64,000 nucleotides of DNA from the human T2T-CHM13v2.0 reference genome, Homo sapiens (GCF_009914755.1 NC_060940.1), one strand, 5' to 3'; counted from the first letter of the stretch, positions 1 to 58,396 are shown. The notes: generated from the sequence alone by a model not told the origin. A program made the numbers and translations.

Positions 1-80
1 TAGCCGATCCACAATTCTACAGCAGCAATTTGGACCAGGTGACTTCTAAGCCCTTTTCTGATGCTAAGATTCTATGATAA

Positions 81-382
<302 letters not shown>

Positions 383-715
383 CTATGATAAAACTAACAC
401 GGCAGCAGAATAGAAAGCAAGCTATTGAGATGGTTTTAGTATGAGGCAATGTGTGCCTGAACCTGGATATAAGCATGGAGATGGACAGTAAAGAATGGCC
501 CGATAGTCTGCGTTTATTTTGTTTTATTTTATTTTGCAGTCTGCTTTATATATTCTACTATAGCAAGTAAATTGGATATAAAGATTCCATGATGTAGTTA
601 AGATTAGTTGTACAACTTACTGGTCTTGCACAGAATATCCTAGCTCTAGCAGCTGAATAGATGTTACTTCTATACATCTACAAATACTTTAGGTCAGAAC
701 TGAGGTATTATTACT

Positions 716-890
716 AACAGCTCTCATTTTTGAGTGTTTCTATGTACCATGCATTTACATATATGATCTTATATGATGACACTGCAACCCTAGGAAGTGG
801 GTAAGGAAACAAAGATACAGAGGTGAAGTCACTTCCCTAAGTTCACACAGTCAGTGGTAGTGCTGGGATTCAAACTCAGGTGTGACTCCA
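716..890 (-). mobile_element. MIR
   Basis: Degenerate MIR core (gaggtgaagtcactt...gggattcaaactcagg). Confidence 0.65.
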
Positions 891-978
891 CAGATTACAT
901 ACACCTGGAGCATGCTCTATGCTGAAAAAGCAAGCTACTTTGATAGATTGTGTTTTCCATTCAGCTTTTTCCACTAGT

Positions 979-1287
<309 letters not shown>

Positions 1288-1319
1288 CCACTAGTCTTAA
1301 AATTCAGCCAAACAGGAAT

Positions 1320-1368
1320 TATTAAAAGTAATAGCAAAAACTGCAATTACTTTTGTACCAACCTAATA
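1320..1368. mobile_element. MADE1 (Hsmar1 mariner MITE) fragment
   Basis: aaaactgcaattacttttgtaccaacctaata terminal inverted repeat. Confidence 0.8.
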
Positions 1369-1681
1369 GATTAATAACACACGAAAACATCAAAGTTGTT
1401 CTCTCTCTCATATACATATACATACATATGTGTGTGTAACACACACACACATACACACGTATGAGAAGTTAAGAAGTTAAAAAGGTTATAACCTTGGCAT
1501 ATACAGGATAAACTAGGTATGTTATCTCTTCCTCTGTTCAAAGTTTTCCAGAGTTTATGATAAACTTCTGGTTGATACTTTTCATCTATTGGGTACTGAA
1601 AATAAAAGAACTGAAAAACATAAACCAAAGGAAACATCTGAAGATTGTGGGTGTGTTTAACTTCAAGAATATAGTAATTCA

Positions 1682-1951
1682 GGTTGGGCACAGTGGCTAT
1701 TATTGCCTATAATCTCAGCACTTTGGGAAACCAAGGTGGGAGGATCACTTTAGGCCAGGAGTTCATGGCCAGCCTTGACAACATAGCAAGATACCACCTC
1801 TACAAAAAAAATTATAAATTAGCCAGGCATGGCATTGTGCACCTGCAGTCCTAGCTACTTGGGAGGCTGAGGCAGGAGGATTGCTTGATCCCAGGAGTTC
1901 CAGGTTACAGTGAGTGCAACAGAGTAAGACCCTGTCTCTTAAACAAATAAA
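1682..1951 (+). mobile_element. AluJ with right-arm deletion
   Basis: Alu dimer; TSD ATATAGTAATTCA. Confidence 0.9.
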
Positions 1952-2084
1952 ATATATATATGTATATATATAATATATAGTAATTCAGAAATAATCTCCC
2001 ACATGGGTTCAATGATACTTGAAGATGAAACCTATGAGAATTTTCAATGTAATACTAGTGTTCTGAATTTTGTGGCTCATTAAA

Positions 2085-2240
2085 CATATTAATAAAAATA
2101 TCAAATATATAGCACTTACTATGTGTCAGGCACTGTGCCAGAGGCTTTGTCTTCCTTATTGGAACCCTAAAAGTTAAGTGCTATTCTTAATACCCATTTT
2201 ATAGGTGAGGAAACTAAGGCACCAAGGGGCTAACGGGTTT
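2085..2240 (-). mobile_element. MIR
   Basis: cccattttataggtgaggaaactaaggcac core. Confidence 0.7.
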
Positions 2241-2324
2241 TGCAGGTCTACTAGTTATTAAACACTAGTTATTTGAGGTTTAAACTCTTATTACTAGAAC
2301 TTACTCAGGTACCCTGTCTTGCAG

Positions 2325-29067
<26,743 letters not shown>

Positions 29068-29310
29068 CCAGAGGCAGGCCACGGCTTACAGACCACTACA
29101 TGACCTATAAAAGTAATCAGCTCCTTTCTAGTCACGGGCTCCTCTCACTGTTCCCTGTCTGCCTGGTGTTCCCAACCCCCCACCCAGGCTGCGTATCATC
29201 TCCTGGGCCACATCTGCCCATGGGGAGTGTTTTCACAGCCTGGCCCCTGGAACTGTTACCACTGAAAGAACCACAGGGCACTCTAATGGTTTGACACTTG
29301 TTAGCCAGCA

Positions 29311-29316
29311 TTTAGT
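29311..29316 (-). terminator. Likely PRSS54 variant poly(A) signal ACTAAA
   Basis: tttagt on the + strand, ~200 nt past the PRSS54 stop; no AATAAA/ATTAAA seen nearby on the - strand. Confidence 0.55.
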
Positions 29317-29513
29317 TCACAAGCATAGTGAAAGTGACCTTCCCACACCTGGGAGAGGGATAGAGGAGGGAGAGCCAGCCCAGTGTATGCCATGGGCTTA
29401 TCCGTGGCAGCCCCAGTGTGCAACTATCAAAAACAGACATCAAAACAGCATGGTGAATGCCTGGCACTCAGCATTCTCAGTTTACTCTTCAGTTTGGTGG
29501 GGTAGCTCCTGGA

Positions 29514-43104
<13,591 letters not shown>

Positions 43105-43372
43105 GGGCAGCTGGGGAAACAAAACCCAATGACTCCATCCTCTTCCCAAACACATGCAGGGTTTTCTATGCCTCTTTTTTCCATCCTCTTCCCAAACACA
43201 CATGTTCCCTCCCAAACATCAGAGGCTCCCCCTCTTTCTACTAACAAAGGTTCCAAGATGTAGGGCACTGACCTGTCTTATCCCTAGTGCTTGGTTCTGT
43301 GTGGTAAAGAGGCAGGACCAGTTGGCCCGCACTGTGGTTTGTGAGATGGCCAGAGAAGAGAGGGCAGCTTAC

Positions 43373-43500
43373 TCTTGTCAGTTTTCTTCTCAATCCAGCC
43401 CAAGCCCCTGAGCACCCCAGAGAGTTGGGTCTCTGAAAAGGGCTGCTTTTTGACTCGTGGAATTCAACCCTTGCCTTAACTCTGTAGCCATAAAATGCTG
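43373..43500 (-). other. PRSS54: Probable PRSS54 non-coding 5' exon (5' boundary uncertain)
   Basis: Donor AAGA|gtaagc at 43372; candidate acceptor cttttctttcag at 43501. Confidence 0.45.
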
Positions 43501-43573
43501 CTGAAAGAAAAGTAGAGTTTTAGTGGAAGCCCACCCTGGGATTAATGCCTCTGCTGTGGTTTTACCCTTCTAA

Positions 43574-43986
<413 letters not shown>

Positions 43987-44346
43987 TAGGAACAGCCCCA
44001 GCATTTAGCTTAGTTCATTTGCAAAACCGCGGTAGGAAGTAGACACTCGAGTTATCGCCATTTTACAGATTCAGAAACTGATACTCAGAGACATCAACTA
44101 GCCAGTCCAAGGTCACACAGCTGTCAAGCAATGCACAGAAGCCCAAGGAACCCATGTGCACAGTTCTAAGTCACCATGTTCCACTCATGACACTGGATGC
44201 CTCTTGTCCTCAGAATGGTCCTCAGAGTTCGTCCATGAACTGTTCCTGCTCAAGGAGAAATGAACTCAGGCTGGCCTGACACAGTAGAGTTCAACAGAAG
44301 GATTTCTTCTACTGCCTTGGGAAGAATGTTCCATTGTGGCATCACG

Positions 44347-44360
44347 GTTACCATGGCACC
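44347..44360. promoter_or_regulatory. RFX X-box in the putative PRSS54 promoter region
   Basis: GTTACCATGGCACC, 1 mismatch to GTTRCCATGGYAAC, in unique sequence ~1.2 kb upstream of the ATG. Confidence 0.55.
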
Positions 44361-44959
44361 ACCAAGCAACTGTCTGGACATGGGGACTTACGAGGAGCTA
44401 GGATGAAAGGCCTCCTTGTTGCTTAGCCTTGGCAGGGCTCTTCTGGAAGCCAGGCTCTCTCCTAGTCTGAGAAGGCAAGCTTTTTGCTGGATTACAAAGT
44501 CTTCTCTGGTCGTGGCCACGGTCTGTCTACCCCACTCAGCGCCCGCCCTGTGTCCACACATGCTTGTCAGACTGGACTGAGGAAGCCCACAACTGGGGTG
44601 GGTTTGGAATTTCCAGTCCCCGTCAGCATCTTACACTCCCAGGGTGGTTTCTTTCAGACTTAGCCCAGTTTTCTTTAGCCTCTCAGTTTCCGGGTCCAAT
44701 CTAAGCTACCAGACCAGCTCTGCCAAACCAGAGGCCCAGATGGGATCTGCCACTCCAGCCACTGTGAGCAGCTTTGGTTTCAGCCCAAATGCCAGGACTC
44801 GAGAAGTGTCGACAAGGTTGAGGTAAGATGTTAATTCCACGGAGCCACAGGGGGAGGGTGGGCGCACAGGCCTCTGGTGCAGACGCTCAGAAGATCCTTA
44901 CTGGATGGGTAGATGAATGGCTGATGGAAGGCAGGAAGGCTGGTGAGAAAGTGGAAACT

Positions 44960-45240
44960 GGCTGGGCACGGTGGCTCACGCCTATAATCCCAGCACTTTG
45001 CGAAGCCGAGGCAGGCAAATTGCTTGAGCTCAGGAGTTTGAGGCCAGACTGGGTAACATGGTGAGACCCTGTCTTTTACCAAAAATACAAAAATTTAGCC
45101 AGGCGTGGTGGCACACACCTATAGTCCCAGGTACTCGGGAAGCTGAGGTGGAGGTTGCAGTGAGCTGAGATCGCACCACTGCACTACAGCTTGGGCGACA
45201 GAGTGACAGCCTGTCTCAAAATAATAATAATAATAATAAA
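44960..45240 (+). mobile_element. Alu with internal deletion and (TAA)n tail
   Basis: Dimer. Confidence 0.9.
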
Positions 45241-45454
45241 GTGAGGCCTGAGTCCAAAGGGAGCCGCTACCTCCTTCCCCCATGGTTCCCCTGATGTCCT
45301 GCCGGCTTCACCACCCTCCCTCACCTTTAACCCTGGGCAGGGGGGCGGGGGTATTGGCTTCTGCTACAAGAACAGAAAATTTTTGGCAGTGGGAGAAGTG
45401 CGAGTTGATTCTTTAATTTGTTCCACATCACAGGTATCAAAAAGCTGTATTTTA

Positions 45455-45770
<316 letters not shown>

Positions 45771-45920
45771 CTCAAAGAGCTTTCATTACCATATGTTTCC
45801 TCCCTCACAATCCCCAGTCACCCTGGCAGGACAAAGGCATTTCCTGAGCTTTCCAGGTGAGAACGTGGTGGCCCAGAATGTGTTTCTCATTCAGTTGTTC
45901 TTTGCTTAATACCCGTATCC

Positions 45921-46038
45921 AGCCGGGCACGGTGGCTCTCACCTGTAATCCCAGCACTTTGGGAGGCCGAGACAGGCGGATCACGAGGTCAGGAGATCGA
46001 GACCATCCTGGCTAACACGGTGAAACCCTGTCTCCACT
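45921..46038 (+). mobile_element. AluY left arm only (3' truncated)
   Basis: gagatcgagaccatcctggctaacacggtg, abrupt end. Confidence 0.85.
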
Positions 46039-46039
46039 T

Positions 46040-49200
<3,161 letters not shown>

Positions 49201-49225
49201 AGACAGAAGTTGCTTCTGCCTCTAC

Positions 49226-49244
49226 TGGTCACCAGAGGGCGCCA
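49226..49244 (+). promoter_or_regulatory. CTCF core motif
   Basis: TGGTCACCAGAGGGCGCCA versus consensus TGGCCACCAGGGGGCGCTA. Confidence 0.6.
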
Positions 49245-51395
49245 CTAACCAGGGACTGTGGCTTGGCTTCCTACCCTCTCTGCTGGTAAAGTGTTTTAAC
49301 AGCTGTGCTGCTGCCCCTAAGGCAACCCCTCCTCTCCCAGAGGTTAGCAGCTCATTTTTCTTGGAATCTTCTCCTAAAGTTAGTGGGAGCAAGGATAACT
49401 CAAAGGGTGTGTCCTCTGCACTGTTTTGCAGTGAGAGGTCATCTCAGATCACCTAGTCTGCAGTGATGCTCAAAGCTGAAGGGGCTGAGCCTCACAACAT
49501 AGTACACACTCAAAGCTGGACTAATGGATGCCCAGTCGAGCAAAACATAATTTCCAGGTAGTCATCGTGCTTCCTGTTTGTACTTTTGGATTTTTGGTTT
49601 CTATTGTTTGGCTTTATTCACTCAAATTTTTGGCTGCTTGCTTGAACTCATCCTACTCTCAGATTCATATGTCCCAGTGAAAGTGATTCACATTAGAGTC
49701 TCAGCCACTCTTTTTCTGAGTTACAGTATTTACACTTCTGTTTTTCATCACTGTTTTTACACTTCACTGAACCTCTTTTAACCTTCCCCTCATTTTTGTG
49801 AGTTGGGGCTATAATGCCATGCAGAGCTGATAGTCCCACAGGCCCAGGGTAAACCTGCAACCAACCCTACCAGATTCCCTCATCTCTGGAATTTGAGTCT
49901 TGAGCCAAGGGACAAAAAGAGTGTAACAGCTGGAGCTGCCACGCTAGGCCAACAGCAGGTTCTTTGGCTCCACTGCCACATCAGGAGCTCTTCCCTGTCC
50001 TGTCCTCCCTGAGAGTTGGAGCTTCTATGTTCTATCTCAAATCCCACCAGCACATTTCTTTTCTGCATGCTAGTCAGAGACAGTTTGTGTTGCTTCTGAC
50101 CAAAAAAACCCTTACTGATCCACGGGTCTTGTGCTTGGAGTATCTTTCATGCCTAAACATTTTAATTCCAAGTCTGATCAATGACTAGTGCCAGTAAGGT
50201 CTTTTCAACAATAAAAAGAGCAGCAGTCATTGGAAAACAATTATTTGTTAGAGTAGACTTGTGTTTCATCATGGTTAATGTTCATAGAGTTTTTATAAAA
50301 ACACATTGTGGAACATTTTGTATATACAAAAGAATACATTTAATGTATATCAATAACAGCATAAACACAAAAGCAACAACATTCTGAGGTACCTGCAACC
50401 CAGTTTATGAATTATGTTAGAACATCACCACGGAGTATATATGAAGCCCCTTGTTGGCCCTTCCCCATCATGTTCCTCTTCCTCTCCAAGGAGAACAGCA
50501 CAGGTTTCTTTCATTCACCATCATCTAGTAGGATTTACCTCTGGAATGCAAGGATGGTTCATCAACCACAAGTCTATAAATCTGATATACCACATTAACA
50601 GAATGAAGCATAGAAATTGTTATCATCTCGATACATGGAGAAAAGCATTTAATAAAATTCAACACCCTTTCATGATTAAAAAAACTCACAACAAATTAAG
50701 TATAGAAGGAATATAGCTCAATATAATAAAAGTCATATTATGAGATAATATTATTATCAAGCCCACAACTAATATCATACTCAACAGTGAAAAGCTGAAA
50801 GCTTTTCCTCTAGGATCAGGAACAAGACAAGGATGCCCACTTTTACCGTTTCAATTAAATATATTAATAGTACTGGAGGTCCTAGCCAGAACAACTAGGC
50901 AAGAAAAAGAAATAAAAAGCATCCAGATCAGAAAGAAAGAAGTAAAGTTGTCTTTGTTGGCAGATGACATGACTTTATATATATAGAAAACCCTAAATAT
51001 TCTACCAAAAAAATGTTAGGTTTGAGCCTCAGGAAAGGAGAAAACAAAAAAAACCTGTTAGGACTAATAAACAAATTCAGTAGAGTGGCAGGATACAAAA
51101 TCAACATACAAAAACCAGTAGCATTTCTGTCCACTAAGAATAAACTATCTAAAAAAGAAATCAAGAAAACAATCCCATGTATAATAGCATAAAAATTACT
51201 TAGGAATAAATTTAACTAAGGAGGTGAATGATCTGTATGCTAAAAACTATAAAATGTTGCTGAAAAAAATGAAGAAGACACAAATGAATGGAAAGATACC
51301 CCATATTCATGGATTGAAAGAATTAATATTGTTAAAAGTTCCACGTAATCTATAGATCAAATGCAATCCCTATCAAAATTCCAATGACATTTTTC

Positions 51396-51538
51396 TTTTC
51401 TTTTTTTTTAAATATATAAACAAAAGAGGTTTAATTGACTCACAGTTCTGCATGGCTGGGGATGCCTCAGGAAACTTACAATCATGGTGGAGGGCCAAGG
51501 GGAAGCAAGGCATGTCTTACATGGCATCAGGAGAGAGC
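51396..51538 (-). mobile_element. Polyadenylated MSTA/THE1 LTR fragment with 16-bp TSD (L1-mediated retrocopy)
   Basis: LTR ATTAAA followed ~20 nt later by poly(A); TSD TCCA(A/G)TGACATTTTTC. Confidence 0.8.
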
Positions 51539-52076
51539 TCCAGTGACATTTTTCATACAAATGGAAAAAAAATCCTAAAATTGGTATGGAACCACAGAAG
51601 ACCCTGAATAGCCAAAGCAATCTTAAGCAAAAAGAACAAAGCTGGAGACGTCATACTATCTGACTTCAAAATATGTGTATGGTACCATAAAATAGACATA
51701 TAGACCAATAGAATAGAATAGAGCACCCAGAAATAAATTTGTACATTTATGGTCAATTTATCTTCAGCGAAGATGGCAAGAACATGCAATAGGAAAAGAA
51801 TAGTCTTTTCAATAAATGGTCTTGGGAAAATTGGATGTCTACATGTAGAAGAATAAAATTAGGCCATTATCTCATGCCACATAAAAATAAATTCAAAATG
51901 GATTAGAGACTTAAACTTAAGACCTGAAACTATAAAACTATTAGACAAAAACATAGAGGAAAAGCTTCTTGACATTGGCCTGGGTGATGATTTTTTGGAT
52001 TTGACTTGAAAACACAGGCAACAAAAGCCAAAATAGACAAATGAGATTGCATCAAACTAAAAAGTGTTTTTGTTTA

Positions 52077-52525
<449 letters not shown>

Positions 52526-53063
52526 TCAAACAACTCAATAACAAGAAAATAAATCACCCAATTAAAAAATTGACAAAGAACCTGAAATAGGTATTTCTCA
52601 AAAGAAGACACACAAATGGCCCACAGGTATATGGAAAAAATGTTCAACATCACTAATCATCAGAGAAATGCAAATCAAAACTATAAATCATCTCACACCT
52701 GTTATTATCAAAAAGACAAAAACTAACAAGTGTTGGCAAGGATGTGGAAAAAAAGGAAATCTTGTACACTATTGGTGGGAATATAAAACCCATTATGGGA
52801 AGGAATATGGAAGTTCCTCAAAATATTAAAAATAGAACTACCCTATGATCTAGTAATCCCACTTCTGGGTGTGTATACAAATGAAATCACTGTGTCAATG
52901 AGATATCTGCACTCCTGTGTTCATTGCAGCATTATTCACAATAGCCAAGATATGAAAGCAACCTAAGTGTTCATCAATGGATAAATGGATTTAAAAAAAC
53001 CCGTAGTACATATACACACAATAGAATGCTATTCAGCCTTAAGAAAGAAGAAAATTCATTTTC

Positions 53064-53369
53064 TTTCTTTTTTTTAAACATGGATATGTTCTCTAGTGGT
53101 GATTTCTGAGATTTTGGTGCACCCATCACCTGAACAGTATGCACTGTACCCAATGTGTAGTCTTTTATCCCTCACTGCCCCTTTTCCCTGAGTCCCCAAA
53201 GTCCACTGTATCATTCTTATGCCTTTGCATCCACATAGATCAGCTCCCAGTTATAAGTGAGAACATACGATGCTTGGTTTTCCATTCCTGAGTTACTTCA
53301 CTTAGAATAATGGTCTCCAATTCCATCCAGGTTGCTGCGAATGCTCATTATTTCCTTCCTTTTTATCCA

Positions 53370-53423
<54 letters not shown>

Positions 53424-55303
53424 CACACATATATATGTATGTATGTATATATATAACATTTTATATATTATCTATATCTATATATAGATAGATAGATATA
53501 ACATTTTCTTTATCCACTTTGGGTTGGTTCCATATTTTTGCAATTTTAAATTGTGCTGCTATAAACATGCATATGCAAGTATCTCTTTTGTATAATGACT
53601 TCTTTTCCTCTGGGTAGATACTCAGTAGTGGCATTGCTGGATCAAATGGTAGATCTACTTTTAGTTCTTTAAGGAATCTTCGCTCTGCTTTCCATAGTGG
53701 AAAGTTTACATTCCAACTAATGGTGTAAAAGTGTTCCCTTTTTACCACATTTGCACCAACATCTATTAATTTTTGATTTTTTTATTACAGCTATTCTTGC
53801 AGGAGTAAGGTGGTATTGCATTGTGGGTTTTGATTTGCATTTCCCCGATAATTAGTGATGTTGAGCTTTTTTTCATATGTTTGTTGGTCGTTTGTATATC
53901 TTCTTTTGAGAATTGTCTGTTCATGTTCTTAGCCTACTTTTTGATGGGATTGTTTGTTTTTTTCTTGATGATTTCTTTGAGTTCCTTGTAGATTCTGGAT
54001 ATTAGTCCTTTGTCAGATGCATAGCTTGCAAAGATTTTCTCTCACTCTGTGGGTTGTCTGTTTACTCTGCTAATTATTATTATTATCATCATTATTATTA
54101 TTTTGTTGTGCAGAAGCTTTTTAGTTTAATTAAGTCCCATCTATTTAACTTTGTTTTTGTTGCATTTGCTTTGGATTCTTGATCAATAAGTCTTTGCCTA
54201 ATACAATGTCTAGAAGGGTTTTTCTGATGTTATCTTCTAGGATTTTTATGGTTTCAGGTCTTATATTTAAGTCTTTGATCCATATTGAGTTGACTTTTGT
54301 ATAAGGTGAAAGATGAGGATGCAGTTTCATTCTTCTACATGTGGCTTGCCAATTATCCCAGCACCATTTGTTGAATAGGATGTCCTTTCTCTACTTTATG
54401 TTTTCATTTGCTTTGTTGAAGATCAGTTGGCTGTAAGTATTTGGCTTTGTTTCTGGGTTCTTTATTCTGTTCCATTGGTCTGTGTGCCTATTTTTATACC
54501 AGTACCATGCTGTTTTGGTGACTATAGCCTGATAGTATAGTTTGAAGCTGGGTAATGTGATGCCTCCAGGTTTGTTCTTTTTGCTTAGTCTTGCTTTGGC
54601 TATGTGGGCTCTTTTTTGGTTCCATATGAATTTTAGGATTGTTTTTTTCTGTTCTGCGAAGAATGATGGTGGCATTCTCATGGGCATTGCATTAAATTTG
54701 TAGATTGCTTTTGGCAGTTTGGTCATTTTCACAGTATTGATTCTACCCATCCATGAGTATGGGATATGTTTCCATTTGTTTGTGTCATCTATTATTTCTT
54801 TCAGCAGCGTTTTGTAGTTTTCCTTGTAGAGGTCTTTTGCCTCCTTGGTTAGGTATATTCCTAAGTATTTTAGTTTTTTGTAGCTATTATAGCTATTGTA
54901 AAAGGGGTTGAGTCCTTAATTTGATTCTCGGCTTGGTCATTGTTGGTGTAAAGCAGTGCTACTAATTTGTGTACATTAATTTTGTACCTGAAACTTTACT
55001 GAATTCATTTATTAGTTCCAGGAGCTTTTTAAATGAGTCTTTAGGGTTTTCTAGGTATATAATCATATGATCAGCAAACAGTGACAGTTTGACTTCCACT
55101 TTACTGATTTAAAGTGGAGAGAAATAAAGAAATAAATATCTCCTTTAAAGAAATAAAGAGCATCTCTTGTCTGATTGCTCTGCCTAGAACTTCCAGTACT
55201 GTGTTGAATAGAAGTGGTGAAAGTGTGCATCCTTGTCTTGTTCCAGTTCTCAGAGGTAATGCTCTCAATTTTTCCCATTAAGTATAATGTTGGCTATGGG
55301 TTT
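53064..55303 (-). mobile_element. L1PB-type 5'-truncated insertion
   Basis: 15-bp TSD AGAAAATTCATTTTC (53049-53063 / 55304-55318); ORF2 remnant 54391-54750. Confidence 0.88.
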
Positions 55304-56124
55304 AGAAAATTCATTTTCAACTGCATGAACGAATCTGTAGGATATTATGCTAAATGAAATAAGCCAGACACAGAGTGACAAATGCTGAGTGATCTTGTTG
55401 ATATGTGGAATCTAAAAAAATCGAACTCAGGAGCAGAGAACACAATGGTGGTTGCCAGGGGCTGGGGGTGGGGACCTGGGGAGATGTTGCTCAAAGAGTA
55501 CAAAAATTTGAGTTAGGTAGGATGAATACCTGGAGATCTATTGTACAATATGGTTGCTATAGTTAATAATAACGTATTATGTTATTGAAAATTACTGAGA
55601 GGAGATATTGAATGTTCTCACCACACACAAAGATAACTATGTGAGGTCATGGATATGTTAATTTACTTAATTGTGGTATAATCATTTCACAACATATACA
55701 TATATTTAAGATCACATTGTGCACTGTAAATATACACAATTTTTTTTTTTTTTTTGAGATTGAGTCTTGCTCTGTCAACAGGCTGGAGTACAGTGGCGCC
55801 ATCTCCTGGCTCACTGCAACTTCCACCTACCTGGTTCAAGTGATTCTCCTGCCTCAGCCTCCCCAGTAGCTGAGATTACAGGAGTGCACCACCATGCCCA
55901 GCTAATTTTTGTATTTTTAGTAGGGACGAGGTTTCTCCATGTTGGCCAGGCTGGTCTCAAACTCCTGACCTCAGGTGAGCCACGTGCCTTGGCCTCCCAA
56001 AATGCTGAGATTATAAGCGTGAGCTACCATGCCTGGCCAAATATACACACTTTTCATTTGTCAATTATACCTCAATAAAGCTGAGAAAAAATAAAAGGAC
56101 AAAAAAGGAGATTCTAATAAATAA

Positions 56125-56680
<556 letters not shown>

Positions 56681-57463
56681 TACTGCTTGCTCTTTCATCA
56701 TTATTTCAAGATTTAGTCCATTCATTTTCATTGCTGTCAAGTATTCTATCCCATAAACACACCTCAATTTATTGATTCATTCCCCTGCCCATGGACATTT
56801 GCATTGTTGCCAATTTCTAAAATATTAACAAATAATCCTGTAGTAAACATTGTTGTACCATTATCCATATGCAAGTGTAAAGGATGTAAACCAAAAATAA
56901 AATTCTAAGCTTGCTAACCATCTGAATGGACAGGGCATTCCAAAGTTAACCTGAAAAACTAGCTCAGGCCATGATGGGAAGAGGGAGTCAGACAGGCCTC
57001 ATTATACCTTTCTGTCTTGGAATTCAGACCCAGCTGACCAGTACTGATATCAACACAGACCTTAAGACTGATAGAACAGACTCTTTAAGTCTGATAAGAA
57101 ACATTTACAATCTATTCTTTCTGAAGCCTGCTATCTGGAGGCTTCATCTGCATAAAACCTTGGTCTCTACAACCCCTATTATAACCCAGACATTCCTTCC
57201 TATTGATTCCAGGTCTTTAGATAATAACTCTTTCAACCAATTGCCAATCAGAAAATCTTTGAATCTGCCTATGACCTTGAAGCTTTGAAATTATTGGTAA
57301 AGTAATATTAGGAATGTCTTAAGAATTGTCAGCATTTTTTGTTTGCATTTATTAAGCAGTTTCATACTTATCTCTGCTAAACACTACACTGTGTCAAAAT
57401 TTGACATAAGGGCTAGAAAAGTATGAAACCAGCCCATGACAGAATGATTCTTTGCTTGTGTAA

Positions 57464-57763
57464 TTTTTTTTTTTTTTTTTTTTGAGAGAGAGTCTCCCTC
57501 TGCTGCCCAGGCTAGAGGGCAGTGGTGCAATCTTGGCTCACTGCAACCTTAGCCTCCCAGGTTCAAGCGTCTCCTGCCTCGGCCTACCGAGTAGCTGGGA
57601 CTACAGGCACGTGCCACCACACCTGGATAATTGTTGTGTTTTTAGTAGAGACAGGGTTTTGCAATGTTGGCCAGGCTGGTCTCAAACTCCTGACCTCAGG
57701 TGACCCACCCACCTCAGGCTCCCAAAGTGCTGGGATTACAGGTGTGAGCCACTGCACCTGCCC
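57464..57763 (-). mobile_element. AluS
   Basis: TSD TGCTTGTGTAATTTT. Confidence 0.92.
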
Positions 57764-58396
57764 TGCTTGTGTAATTTTTGATAAATAAGACATCTAATAT
57801 CACTGGTTCAATGAAAACAACTAAATCCTATGTTATTGGTAAAATGCCCATATATTTAACCTTAAGTTTTTTACTTAGATAAACAGTGAAATTCACAGGC
57901 CATAAAGGTTGTTAAGAGAAAAATAACTTTAAATGATGACTATCACAGTTTTCATAATAATCTAGGTAAACTATTAAAAACAAAATAAGTAATCAGGTAA
58001 ATGTAATAGAATAAATGCTTGTAAACAAATGTCATATAATATAGAATCTAAGGTTATATTAAAAAATATTCATTAAATTTCTGAGTAATTTCAAATTTAA
58101 AAGATTATAGGAAAACCTTTTTCTAAAAAAAGTATACTCTTGTTAAAAGGTAAATAATTTCTGTCTAATTCAAAGGTCATTTAAAGGTTATATATAAAAC
58201 AAGGTGAAAAGAACCAGAAAAATAACTTTATATCTATATCTTTTTATATCTATAACTTTCTTTATAGTTTACTTTCTTTATAGGTACTTTTGGTAAGAAA
58301 GGTTAAAAGAAAAATAACTTTGTATGACAGAGAATTGTATATTGCAAATTTTTGTCTTAAAATAAAATGACTGGTTGTTTAAAAAAGAGGGATGTT

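Noticed and set aside
54391-54750. 119-aa ORF2-like ORF
   Set aside because: Part of a 5'-truncated, stop-riddled L1PB
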